Part shown: piece after piece, positions 23,282-34,032 of the stretch
Layout: each line of letters begins with the position of its first letter
Position numbering within the stretch: the first letter of the stretch is position 1
Source of the DNA: Catajapyx aquilonaris
Taxonomy: Eukaryota
NCBI GenBank assembly: GCA_000934665.2
Contig: JYFJ02002947.1
Span: 1 to 48,570 of the forward strand
DNA: 48,570 bases
Direction: 5' to 3'
Notes under the pieces: model-generated
What the model was told of the DNA's origin: nothing
The model's input: only the letters and a program-made list of their open reading frames with translations
Databases searched by the model: none
Made by a program: the position numbers and the translations under genes

Positions 23282-25020
23282 ATGACGTACACGATAATGA
23301 TAACATGTCTTTTTCTGATTAGCATCTTCTTGCATCATGTTGGGTCCACTGAACACAGTAAGTACAGCCAGCAATAGCATAATCGGTAACACTCACTGCT
23401 ACCATTTAATATCTAATATCACCGGACTCATATGTGTGTGATAATGAATGGGTTTTCGTCCTACTCCAAAAGCTTTATCCACCAAATATATATTTTTTAA
23501 ATATTGACGAAATTATTTTACTAATGCGTCTGTCAGCATGTGGCAGAGCGACTTCTCTCAGCTTGTCACCACAACAAAATGTCATAGGGCTAGAAGTCCA
23601 AAAAGGACAGTGGCCTTGGAATGCTGCGATTTACGAGTTTGGAGAAGAAGACATTTCGGAATTTCCCATATGCGCAGGCACACTAATTGGAAGGAAGACA
23701 ATAATTACAGGTGAGCTAATAAATATTGCGTCTATAATGCAGGAATTATCAGAAACATTCTCAAGTATTTAGTGCACGTTTGTTGTACTGTAATATATGA
23801 AATAATTATTATTCCCAATTTCAGCTGCCCACTGTGTAATTAATCCTCTTGATGACTTCGTGTACCATCCGTCAACATTAGTCGTTGTTCTTGGTAAAGT
23901 TGATGAAAGTTATTACGAAGACGATCCTGAGGAGATTGAAGTAGACGTAAGTTCACACACATTTTATTACAAGTAAATACCGTTTCGTAGGTCTTGTATA
24001 TACTAAGGACTGCCTAAATGTTATTTAAAAAGTTTAATTAGCGAGTGGTTGCAGGTCAAAGAAATAGTTGTCCACGAAGGTTTTGACAGATCAACATTCA
24101 GGAACGGCATTGCTCTTTTGATCTTAAACAGCGAGGTTCAACTGGCTTACAACGTGATGCCAGCTTGTCTTCTACCAACTGGACGAAATACCGAAAATTA
24201 TGTGGTGAGTTCAAAGCCATGACAGGGTGTGACAGAAGTACAAACTTTTTTTCTCCTTGTCTAGACATCTGGTTGGAAAAAAACAAACGATATTCGAAGA
24301 CTTAGTTTGACATCAATTCCGAAAGTGTCTGTCGGAACTTGCATTTCGCATTTCCCCAACTCTGACAGACAATCTACTCTTTGTGCTGGATATGAAGGTG
24401 AGCTAATTACAGTAAGTACAGTACTAATTATTACAAGCCGACTTGTTACAGACAATGGCAGCAATTGTCTAGGAAGCAACGGAGGTGGATTGCTTCTAAA
24501 AATTGATAACAAATGGTACATTGGAGGTGTATCTAGCGGAACATCTAGAGATGATCTAAGCTGCATTCCTCGAATCAGTTTATTCACCAAAGTGAGCTCG
24601 TTTGGTGATTGGATCACTAACATAATGGCCAGAAACGGAGATAGTTCAGGTCAGTCTTAGAAAGAAAAATTTTTTTTTTGCGGAATTTCCTTGCAATAAA
24701 ATGTTACAGGTCAACCTTCAGGTGCAACTGAATCACCTGGATCTCGTGACAGGTATACTTTGTACTCTCCCCAATTTAAAATATAAGTAATAAAACTAAT
24801 TGCACATCCTATATACAGAGATGGAAAGTGTCACGACAACTTGTGCTGTATGAACATCCAAAATCATAACCCGGAGACTGGAGCAGGGTACTTGCAACAT
24901 GACCCCAGGTGTCTTAGAGGAGGCTTACATTGCATGGGTCTAACCGGATGTGTCCTGTGCTGGTGCAGTACTTCAGGTGGATTCAACTTAGGAAACAGAC
25001 AAGTTTGCAAAAGTTGCTAA
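23282..25020 (+). CDS. Secreted serine protease homologue (inactive) with a C-terminal 10-Cys domain
   Basis: Signal MTYTIMITCLFLISIFLHHVGS; KGQWPWNAAIY; TAAHC retained, but catalytic Asp is Gly (RNGIALL) and catalytic Ser is Asn (CLGSNGGG). Exons at about 24710-24752 and 24819-25020 give the Cys-rich tail ending in TAA at 25020. Confidence 0.82.
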
Positions 25021-25686
25021 AAGAAATTTGCAAACACACAAAAACTGAAAACGCCATCGCAATGTTCAATTTCGCACCATTTATCATTTTTATAACAACA
25101 TATCTGCCAGGATTTTTTGTTAATCTTATAGTACAATATAAAACGTAAAGTTTGTTGGTGTGTCCCATTTGCCTCCCATCTACATCCTCTTCCCTGCTGC
25201 AGCATAGCAAAATTATTGCGAACAGTTCCCAGATTATTTTTTAAACGAATTAAATATAACCAGTGTTCTAATATTGTACAGGAAAAAAGTTTAGCAGTTT
25301 CATTTCCTGTAATTGTGATAATTAGAGGCATCGCAATTATTACTTATGTGCAATTTTCCTCTAAACCAGTTCGTTTAACCCCCCATGAGCTACCTGAATA
25401 TGAGGATTTTTTTTTTAAAAAAAAAACAGTTCACCACCTCTCTTTTTTTTTCCTTAAACTGTTTATTTTAGGGAGTGTTTAACAGCTCTTTTGGCAAGAT
25501 AATTACCGAGTCTTGCAACAAAGAGGTTTCACGTTACATCGCGTGTTAGCTCCTCCTCTTTTTTTCTTCTTCTTCTTCTTGAAGAGAATAAAAAAAATAA
25601 AATAAAAATCTCAAAAGTGGCTCAGACTGACTAGTTCCTTGTCCAGTGTTGGTCAACAACCTACTTTGTTGTTAAAAAGTACTATT

Positions 25687-27973
25687 ATGTATCTAACGTT
25701 GTGGGCATGTTTTATAGCATTATTAATTATTAGTACACAGGACGCTAATGGGTGAGTTACACTTCTATATATTAAAATTCCACTGATTTAATCACGAAAA
25801 GCTAACTTAAATTCGGCTCAGCTTATAAACAACTGGTAGAAAATTGTACTGTACCTAATTTTTAAATATGTTTTATTAATTATTTTTTTTGCACAATTTT
25901 ACTAATATTTTTTTTGGTCAGGTTTCAATATCGGTTTTTGCCTAAGCCGTCGGATATCGACAATTGTTGCACCAGCACTGTTACCACCACAACAAAGCAT
26001 CCTCCACCAGATGTGGATGGACATCGTAAGTAATATTTTAACATTAAAAAAAATAATAATGTAAATTAATATAATATAGAGAAAGTGGAAGTTGAAGGAT
26101 GTACAGTTGAATAACTGAATGATAATTATTGCAACGTGGGAAATTGGTCGTGAGATCTTCACATCTTAATTGTATGGACATACCGTGTGTGTCATAATTT
26201 ATCTCACATCTGTACTCCTTTAAAGTAGTGTTCGGTATGTTGTTGTTTACTCTAGCAACCAAAGATTCACAATAATTATTATGTAAGGTTCATTGCTTCT
26301 TATTGCAGCTTTTTATAAAGTATATAATTATATATTTTTACAGCTTGTGGTAGGTCTCGCATATACTTTTCGACGCAACGAAGGTTTCAAGAAATTGAGG
26401 CCGTGAAAGGTCAAATACCATGGCACGCTGCGATATACGAGTCTTTTAATGCTGGTGTTTTTGCCTCCAAGTTTCCAGTGTGTGCTGGAACTCTAATTGG
26501 AGCAAGAACAGTCGTTACTGGTAAGATTATTGCCATTGATGTATAATTACATTGTAATAGATACTGACTTAATAATTGTTTCCAGCTGCTAATTGCGTCT
26601 CTAAAGCAAGTCGGACGTATCAACCACAGTCTTTGATTGTTGCTCTAGGAAAGCTTGAATCCAACTATTACATCACTGAATCAAACATGCAGACTCTGAA
26701 CGTATGTATATCGTCCCTATAGCATATTGAGCCACTGATTTAACAATGAGTTACTCCGTACTAAAAAAAATAATTGCAGGTCGAAAAAATTGTCGTGCAC
26801 GACAGTTACGACATGTCAACTCTGCATAACAATATTGCTCTTCTGATTCTTAAAAATGCGGCTGACATATCGTACAACACTATGCCAGCATGTTTTCATT
26901 ACATTTCGTTCAATTCAATCCGTCCAAACATTAAAGATGGAAATCTTCGCGTGGTAAGTTTCGCTAATTAACTTTTACATCCACATCCAGCAACTTACTA
27001 TAGAATGTAGACACTTGTACGTAATTAATTAATTGTGTACACACACTTGGACATAATTGTGTACACACCGGGTACACACACTTGGACGTAATTAATTAAT
27101 TAATTGTTAGGCACACACTTGGACATAATTAATTGTAGACACTTGGACGTAATTAATTGTAGACACTTGGACGCATTTAATTAATTAATTGTAGACAATT
27201 AGATGTAAATTAATTAAATGCAAAATGATAGTTTACAATTTATATCCAAGAGTCTCTCCAATAGTAAGTCGTTGGATGTAGATTATTAGATAGATAATAA
27301 TTAATTAATTAATTAAGGTGTGTCAGATGTACTCTCCCAACTGTTTCACAGGTTCCTGGATGGGGTCAAAGGTCAGATAGCATCAACACTCAAACGCTGA
27401 AAATTACCACCGTGCCCTATGTGCCTAAGAAAAATTGCAATTTGCGTTTTCCAAATGCGGATAATGACACTACTTTTTGCGCCGGATATGAAGAAGGTAC
27501 AGAGATCTTCATATTAATTCGCCAATAAAATAATTTCTTTGAATAAATGTTTCTTTTGCAAAATTTTTCAGATAATGGAGAGTCTTGCTTGGGCGATCCA
27601 GGAGGAGGACTGGTTCTGAAGAAGAACATGTCGTTGGGAACCAAATGGTTCCTCCAAGGTGTCGCCAGCGGTACCAACTCAGACAACCTGACATGTGTGC
27701 CAAAAGTCAGCCTGTTCACCAAAATAAGCTCTTACTCTGACTGGATATTGCACACAATGGCACGCAACAATGATCGTGCTCCTGCCTGGTACAACCTTCC
27801 ACACGGTACTGCATTAAAGAAAATTATTTAATCAAGACATAATATCAGACACAATAGTTTGATTATTGTTTCTTGCAGAAAATATTCATATCGAAGGCAC
27901 TGCCGTAACAATCAAGCAGACGGCAAATGCAGACAGACGATGGCATGCACCAAGAACACGCTTCGGAGAGTAA
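25687..27973 (+). CDS. Secreted serine protease homologue (all three catalytic residues replaced)
   Basis: Signal MYLTLWACFIALLIISTQDANG; Thr/Pro-rich exon 25922-26025; KGQIPWHAAIY; TAANC (H>N), HNNIALL (D>N), CLGDPGGG (S>P). Last exon at about 27879-27973. Clear paralogue of the preceding gene. Confidence 0.82.
27005..27215. repeat. Degenerate intronic minisatellite (gtagacacttggacgtaattaatt-like)
   Basis: About 7-8 visible units of acacttggac plus taattaatt. Confidence 0.75.
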
Positions 27974-28210
27974 ACCGCAAGAATATTTACATACCGTACA
28001 TTTCAAATCAACAATTAACAACAAGTAAATACTCAATAAATATTCCTGATATGACCCAATAAAACAAATTGTCGCAATTAGCTCCTTGTAGACAGTTGTT
28101 CATTATTATAAATGTATTTAAAATGTAAAGGTAGGATAGCAATAAAATCTTCATAATGTGCCTAAAGTCTTTTATTGCATTTGCGGAGGTGGTGCAAATT
28201 GTGGTGTTTT

Positions 28211-28860
28211 CTAGTTACCTGGAGTCACGCACTCCATCAGCTGCTGGTACGCTTCGCAATTTTCAGGCTTGGGTTCCATCTCGTTATCTGACAATATGCG
28301 GAAAAAAAATTAAAAGACGTGAATTTGAAGTTGCGGAAAAATAACTCACATTTTTTCATCATGCATTCCAGGATTGTCTTGACCATAGGATACGTCTTCA
28401 TTTCTTCCTTGCATTCGCCTTCCAACTCGGCGAATCTGTTAAGGTCAACCTCGTTGTCTTTCATCTGCAAATATAGCATTACTTTATAAAAATATATTTA
28501 AAAAACGAAACGGGGAAGCGACTAACTGAAGCGTAACTTACAAGCTTCATTTTATTCATCAGGCACGTCACCGAGCACTGAAAATAAACGATGAATGTTA
28601 CGACAGTATTTAATTTAATCCGATGTGGCGCAATTAATAAGCAGTACACTATGAAATTAACTTACTTGATCATTTTTGCACTTCTTCCAAGCTCTCATTA
28701 GCACCGGTAAATTCAAAGGACACTGAAATATGAACGCATGATTACTCATAATGTTGTTTTAATTATATTTTTATGAACTTACCTTCGCACCGAATGCCAC
28801 ATGGACTTCAGATGCGACCAGGACAAAAAGGAGCAGCAGAAACATCTTGGTGCGTACCAT
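28211..28860 (-). CDS. Small secreted odorant-binding-protein-like (PBP/GOBP-fold) protein
   Basis: Five exons spliced by hand give MVRTKMFLLLLFVLVASEVHVAFGAK|CPLNLPVLMRAWKKCKNDQ|CSVTCLMNKMKL|MKDNEVDLNRFAELEGECKEEMKTYPMVKTILECMMKK|YNEMEPKPENCEAYQQLMECVTPGN*. Shows C-x3-C and C-x8-C spacing. The C-terminus may extend via a donor near 28218. Confidence 0.7.
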
Positions 28861-28879
28861 GTTGAATTACTCTCGGTTG

Positions 28880-28914
28880 TCAATGACTGCCGGACACTAC
28901 GTTTGGCTTATATA
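28880..28914 (-). promoter_or_regulatory. Putative TATA box plus Inr-like element of the OBP-like gene
   Basis: TATATAA on the - strand at 28914-28908, with a TCATT Inr-like motif about 25-30 nt downstream and ATG at 28860. Confidence 0.45.
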
Positions 28915-29657
28915 CGATTTAATTTTTTTAAACAAATTTCCCCCTTGCAAAAGCTGTCAAAAATATCGAGCCCTTTACAAAGCGGCTACAAGACAAGAAA
29001 TTAATGGTAGGGTAGCATGCAATTTCCCTGTCCGCAATAACGAAATTTGTCGATCCAAAAGATATGCGCTTCCGAATTGAATAGCATGTGACACATACGA
29101 ATGAGGAGGAAATATATTTTTTTTGGTAATAAGAGCATCACCAGCAATGTTACGTAATCTTGGTTGCAATAAAATAATAAAAATGAGCCATAATTTCCTG
29201 CCGTCACTCTCCGGGAACAAATTGAAAAATTTTGAAGGTCAGATTAATAATGTTAGGTGTGGTATGGGAAGTCCTGCCGTACAATGAGATGTCCATGACA
29301 TTAAAATGACAAACCAAAATGCATAATGGTCCAAGTCGCATTTATTTCACAATGTAAAAGGTTCAGCAATTTCAAAAATGAAAGTACCAAATTCCTCGTT
29401 GCAAAATATTACTCGTCCATATTCAGCCGTTAAGTGAATATATTACTTCGCAACATCATATTTTATTAAACATCGTACATTTAATTAAAATACATGAAAT
29501 GCAAGCATGACTACCGGTCATTCAACCATAATTTTCATCACATTACGCTGTTAACACCTTGAGGTTACCGCATTTGATTGCATATAAAATGCAAATTAAA
29601 CGCTGAGGTTTAAGTTCAATTCATGTTTTTATTTCACGTATGTTTGGCAGCTACTCT

Positions 29658-30385
29658 CTACTGCCAGTGCGTCCTGGGGCGTACAGTGGAGAAGCGAGGC
29701 ATTGTTCGCTTCTGTAGCACGCTCTTGCAGATTGGGAAGCGGATCAGGGAGTCGTGGAACTGCTTCACCATCGCACGCCTGCACTTCTTAGCAGGGACGG
29801 TCTCCACTCGGATTATCTGAAATGCACCAGCGTTATGAGCACATCCGATAGGCAATCTCGTAACAATGTGACTTCCGATATCGATCCAGCAGCCCCTGTA
29901 ATGAGCTCTGGAGGCGAACGATAGAAGCCTTTACTATTTGCACTGTACAGATAATGACAAGTGACATCATGAAAAGGATTGCCACTCGTCCAGGGCGTGC
30001 ATTACCAGCTGTTGAGTACTGTAAGTACCTGTATGGCATGGGGCCTGGCCCTGTGCCGTGCTGCCATGTCATGGTAGCACTGGTTGACTGCACCGGCGAG
30101 GCTGATGTCACGGTACTCCCGGTACATGTTGTGGGTCCCAGAGCGTGAGTCGTAGCGGAGCCAGATCCCGATGTTCTTGACCTTCGTGGGCGTCTTCTCC
30201 GGCAGCTGCTTGATGGACACCACTTCTCCGCCCGTCTTCTTCAGCTTCTTCAGCTTCCGGAGGAAATACCAGAAGCGGGACTTCGCCACTATCTTGTCTG
30301 GAGCGTAGATCCGCATCTTGAAGAGCGGAGGAGTCTTGTCGCCCTCTTTCGGCAGGCGGCGACCAATCACCTCATACTCCTTCAG
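29658..30385 (-). CDS. RPL18A: 60S ribosomal protein L18a (eL20), last two exons with intact frame; first exon not found (probable 5'-truncated duplicate)
   Basis: Exon 30385-30029 encodes [12 protein letters not shown]...[13 protein letters not shown]...[16 protein letters not shown]...[10 protein letters not shown]. Exon 29816-29658 encodes [14 protein letters not shown]...QFHDS...RPRTHWQ*. AATAAA lies at about 29630. Confidence 0.9.
29864..30002 (-). ncRNA. Intronic box H/ACA snoRNA (RPL18A last intron, copy 1)
   Basis: On the - strand: tgcac...gtgca hairpin, box H ATAGTA, second hairpin gcttc..tccag/ctgga..gaagt with an internal pocket, then ACA plus 3 nt; about 139 nt. Confidence 0.8.
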
Positions 30386-30468
30386 CTGGAAAACGCAACA
30401 TTTACGTAAGTAACTAATAATTATTGGTGGACATGCAGCCAAAGCGAGTACACTTTTTGGACACGTGA

Positions 30469-30612
30469 AAATGTGCCTTCCACTTATCGATCCAGCAGAC
30501 CTGATTGGGATCTCTGGAGGCGAACTGGGAAGGATATTTTACTGTATGCACTTTTTGTTATCAGTTACAGTTCAAAGCACAAAAGTGAAGGCTTGAACCC
30601 AGGGAAGTGCAA
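30469..30612 (-). ncRNA. Intronic box H/ACA snoRNA (RPL18A upstream intron, copy 1)
   Basis: tgcactt...aagtgca hairpin, box H ACAGTA, ccttcc..tccag/ctgga..ggaagg hairpin, then ACATTT. The 3' pocket (gttcgcc / tcgat) is the same as in the other snoRNA. Confidence 0.8.
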
Positions 30613-30637
30613 ATAGTTATACTATAATATTTAAATT

Positions 30638-30790
30638 TGGAGGGCGTATGACTGTCTGGGAAACGAAGGATACAAGCAGCTTAAAGTGAACCACTCGGTC
30701 AACTTCGTGGATCCGGACACTGGGGCACACACCCAAAATATAGAGAGAACTTGAGAGGGAAGTTCATGCTAAAGTACTAAGGTAGGCCGT
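30638..30790 (+). mobile_element. Merlin/IS1595-family DDE transposase remnant
   Basis: Translates WRAYDCLGNEGYKQLKVNHSVNFVDPDTGAHTQNIERT*, the characteristic VNHS..FVDP.TGAHTQ.IE..W motif, with the conserved Trp changed to TGA. Confidence 0.85.
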
Positions 30791-31007
30791 TCAGTTTCCT
30801 GTACTGAATAACTGCGTAGCATAATAGCCATACTTTTACCTACTCTCTTAGGCGTGCAGCTGCCTCTTTGTACCCACCCAACCCGCAGTAAGGTACGTGG
30901 AATCTACGGAACCGTATCGTTAAAATATACAATACCGTATCAACACACAACACAGTAGCGTATCAGCAGGGAACTCGCCAAACCCGCAATAGTCTCGATC
31001 AGTGTGC

Positions 31008-31134
31008 TATAGATCGGTCGCTATACGAACGCAACCGAGTGGCCAATTTTATTACATGAAGTAATACAGTTTGTAATAAAACTCCTGTAATAAAATTGGC
31101 CACTCGGTTGCGTTCGTATAGCGACCGATCTATA
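31008..31134. mobile_element. Fold-back MITE with ~50-bp near-perfect arms
   Basis: tatagatcggtcgctatacgaacgcaaccgagtggccaattttattaca and its reverse complement; TA ends. Confidence 0.8.
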
Positions 31135-31415
31135 CCATCGGTATATACAACGTGGCCGTCGCAAAGCAGAATCGGAAAATGGGATGCTGCGCAAATGGTT
31201 AAAATGTCTGTAACTTCTGTTCTACAAGGTTGTTTGCACTCAAATTGCTGCTTTTCCACCACGGGGAAGTCAGTACTAGGTCCCTCTGCAGCAAGTACCA
31301 CCGCGAACGCTGTACGTCGCGCCCACCTAAACGGGATAATAACCAGCTGGGCAAACAAACGAGCCAACTATGCTTGTACCAAATGGGTATGAAATTTGCA
31401 AATTTATCATTTTAT

Positions 31416-31417
31416 TA

Positions 31418-31479
<62 letters not shown>

Positions 31480-31758
31480 GCATACCCCGTTATCAGCCAG
31501 CGGCTCTTTAGGGGGGAGTTTTTCGTTTTGACTGGAACTCTTTCTTTGCATTTTTACTTCGCTTTTGGGGATAGGATAGGGACGGAAGGAAGCGGCTGTG
31601 GCCTATTATTTTAGGAAACAACCCCGGCCTTCACCTGGAGGGACCGTGGGAAACCACAGAAAACTACGGTTAATAGGGTTGCTGGCCGCGGGGATCAAAC
31701 CCAGGACCTCCCAATTAGCAGTCGGATACCATATCCCCTCCGCCACCGCTGCTTCGGT
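31416..31758 (-). mobile_element. tRNA-derived SINE with (TAT)n tail
   Basis: The - strand head has an A-box-like ggtggcggagggg and a B-box gggtttgatccc. The body ttttctgtggtttccc...ggccacagccgcttccttcc is typical of arthropod tRNA-SINEs. The 3' microsatellite is at 31416-31480. Confidence 0.75.
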
Positions 31759-32029
31759 CTTATAATGACAAACGTGATAATCTACCCAGTACAAGTATGT
31801 CCATTTGCATTATTTATTTATTTTAAATACTAGTTAATTTCTGAGTTCACTTTCTGTCCTAGGCCTAGTTCCGAAGCTGGGTGGCAAACCTTTCCGACCC
31901 TTCGAGAGAGGCTGTGATGGACTCACCGCTCCCTTGAATTTCATCACCATCTTGGACTCGAGGCGAACCGAGGGCGGGCCCCGGGCAGACTGCTTCAAAC
32001 AGAATAAAAAAAAAGGAAGATGCTCTCGC

Positions 32030-32830
32030 CCCTTTCCTCGGGATGGGAGGAAAAATAATATGCCGGGGAGAGTGGCGTGGCTTCCAGGCCGGAAGTGGGC
32101 ACGAATCCCCGCGGTCAGAGGGCACCACCTCACTTCCGGATGACCAAATTAAGATGAGAAACTTATTTATTAATTAAGGGTAAATTAATAACGTCGAAAT
32201 TAAATTTGAAATTTAATGTGTGCGCATAATTAAGCCATGGTTATAGTGCGCATGCGTTCGGATGGGTACTCATCGCCCATTGGTTCGCTTCACATCGTTT
32301 GGGACTGGAACGTGTAAACATCGTAGTGAAGTTTACACGCTGCAGATTCCCCAGAGGGATGATTGGAATACGCATGCGTTGAGATGCATACTCATCGCCC
32401 ATTGGTTCGCTTCACATCGTTTGGGACTGGAACGTGTAAACATCGTAGTGAAGTTTACACGCTGCAGTTTCCCCAGAGGGATGATTGGAATACGCATGCG
32501 TTGAGATGCATACTCATCGCCCATTGGTTCGCTTTACATCGTTTGGGACTGGATCGTGTAAACATTATCGTGAAGTTTACACGCTGCAGTCCCCCAGGGT
32601 GATGATTCTAATACGCATGCGTTGAGATGTATACTCATCGCCCATTGGTTAATCATACAACGGTTGAGAAACTGGATCGTATAAACATTATTGTGAAGTT
32701 TACACGCTGCAGTCCCCCAGGGTGATGATTCTAATACGCATGCGTTGAGATGTATACTCATCGCCCATTGGTTAATCATACGACGGTTGAGAGACTGGAG
32801 CGTGTTAACTGTTCGACTGTAATTTACACC
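32030..32830. repeat. Repeat block: ~150-bp GC-rich head plus 5 tandem ~122-bp units
   Basis: cgcatgcg recurs at 32249, 32371, 32493, 32614 and 32737; each unit holds a gtgtaaac...gtttacac palindrome. Confidence 0.88.
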
Positions 32831-33670
32831 GTAATGTAAACAATTATTATTATTGCACAAAACAAACTTTTGGAAAGAAAATGAAGAACATCTTAGGAAA
32901 CACAGCCTCACGATGATTTGATTACAACCTTTTCATTTTGAAAACAGAAGAGAAAATAAGACTAAAAAAATAATTACTGGTAAATAGATCCGTCTGACGA
33001 GCCCAGAATGAAAATGTACCTAGACGAAAGGAAATAACTGTACAAAAAAAAAAAAATTAGCTGCAAGAAACCAGAAAATTTACAGCCAAATCTATTGCAT
33101 GCTAAAGCACCTAATATTTTCCAGAAATTGATAAAACAATCAAACAATCCACAGATAAGACTAGAAAAAAAAAAGATACGGTGGGAGTACAAAATGCAAA
33201 TAATGCACTAACAGATATGCTTCCAAGAGAATTTTATTATTATTTTGACGACCCGTTACTAGATCATACCCTCATAATAATCGAGGAATATGATACAGCA
33301 ATTTTAAAAAAATTACGATCTAAACCATCTCCTGGCCCTGATGTAGTACCAAACAGTTTAATACTTATGTACAATCAGAATACTAGAAAACAAGTACAGT
33401 GTTGGGTAAAACTGCCTGCCATCTGATGAATTTGTTTCCGGAGTGCGGCAAGTTGTAACAATGCATGTGGGGCAAGTTGTAACAATAACGGTACAACATA
33501 CCCGAACAATAACATTAAATACTTGAATATGCATTTGTCGTGGCAGAAGTTTAGACCCATGCGAATCACGGGTTTACTCTTGTTCCTCAATATGTACAAA
33601 CCCCTTGCAATCTCTCAAGGGCCTTCATGTTCAAATGTTTAAATACTGGGGATGATATTTGAGGGCTAGT

Positions 33671-33832
33671 ATAGTGCTGGCCATATATCGAGGCAACCGC
33701 CAGCGACACTTTTCCGAAGCAGCAGAAGAAGGAATCTGGCTCGCCCAGCTTGTAGCATGCTTCTTCGATTCCTTCTTCTGCCGCTTCAGAAAAATGTCGC
33801 TGGCGGTTGCCTCCATATATGGCCAGCACTGT
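33671..33832. mobile_element. Fold-back MITE
   Basis: About 65-bp inverted arms, agtgctggccatatat...gaagaaggaatc and gattccttcttc...atatatggccagcact. Confidence 0.8.
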
Positions 33833-33861
33833 GCGACAGTCAGACGTCAGCACTTTCGGTC

Positions 33862-34028
33862 TGGGATGTACCCAAGGCGATTCACTGTTGAAGTGAATGC
33901 AGCGACAATCCACATTCACGAAGCTGTTGCCTGGACACTTCCACGATGCGAAAGACCATCGCAAGCCAGGTCGACCCATGTGAAGTAATCACCCTGTTTC
34001 CGGGATTACTTTCGGTGGAGTCAGACTA
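33862..34028 (+). pseudogene. Decayed fragment of the TGFBRAP1 large exon
   Basis: Aligns by eye to 38660-38832 (cccaaggcga...gcgacaatcc...ggacacttccacgatgcgaa...gtgaagtaatca.cctgtttcc.ggattactt) with substitutions and a frameshifting deletion. Confidence 0.85.
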
Positions 34029-34032
34029 TTCC

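Noticed and set aside
31327..31614. Poly-Tyr and poly-Ile ORFs (also at 34824-35012 and 41287-41601)
   Set aside because: Translations of (AAT)n microsatellites.
31680..31758. tRNA gene
   Set aside because: A and B boxes are present but no complete cloverleaf; it continues into a SINE body and microsatellite tail.
32240..32830. Regular palindrome-containing repeats suggestive of a CRISPR array
   Set aside because: Whole ~122-bp units repeat with no unique spacers, the context is eukaryotic and there are no cas genes.
33587..33630. MKALERLQG on the - strand as the missing RPL18A first exon
   Set aside because: It does not match the short MKAKG-type N-terminus and would need a >3-kb intron crossing several repeats; unsupported.
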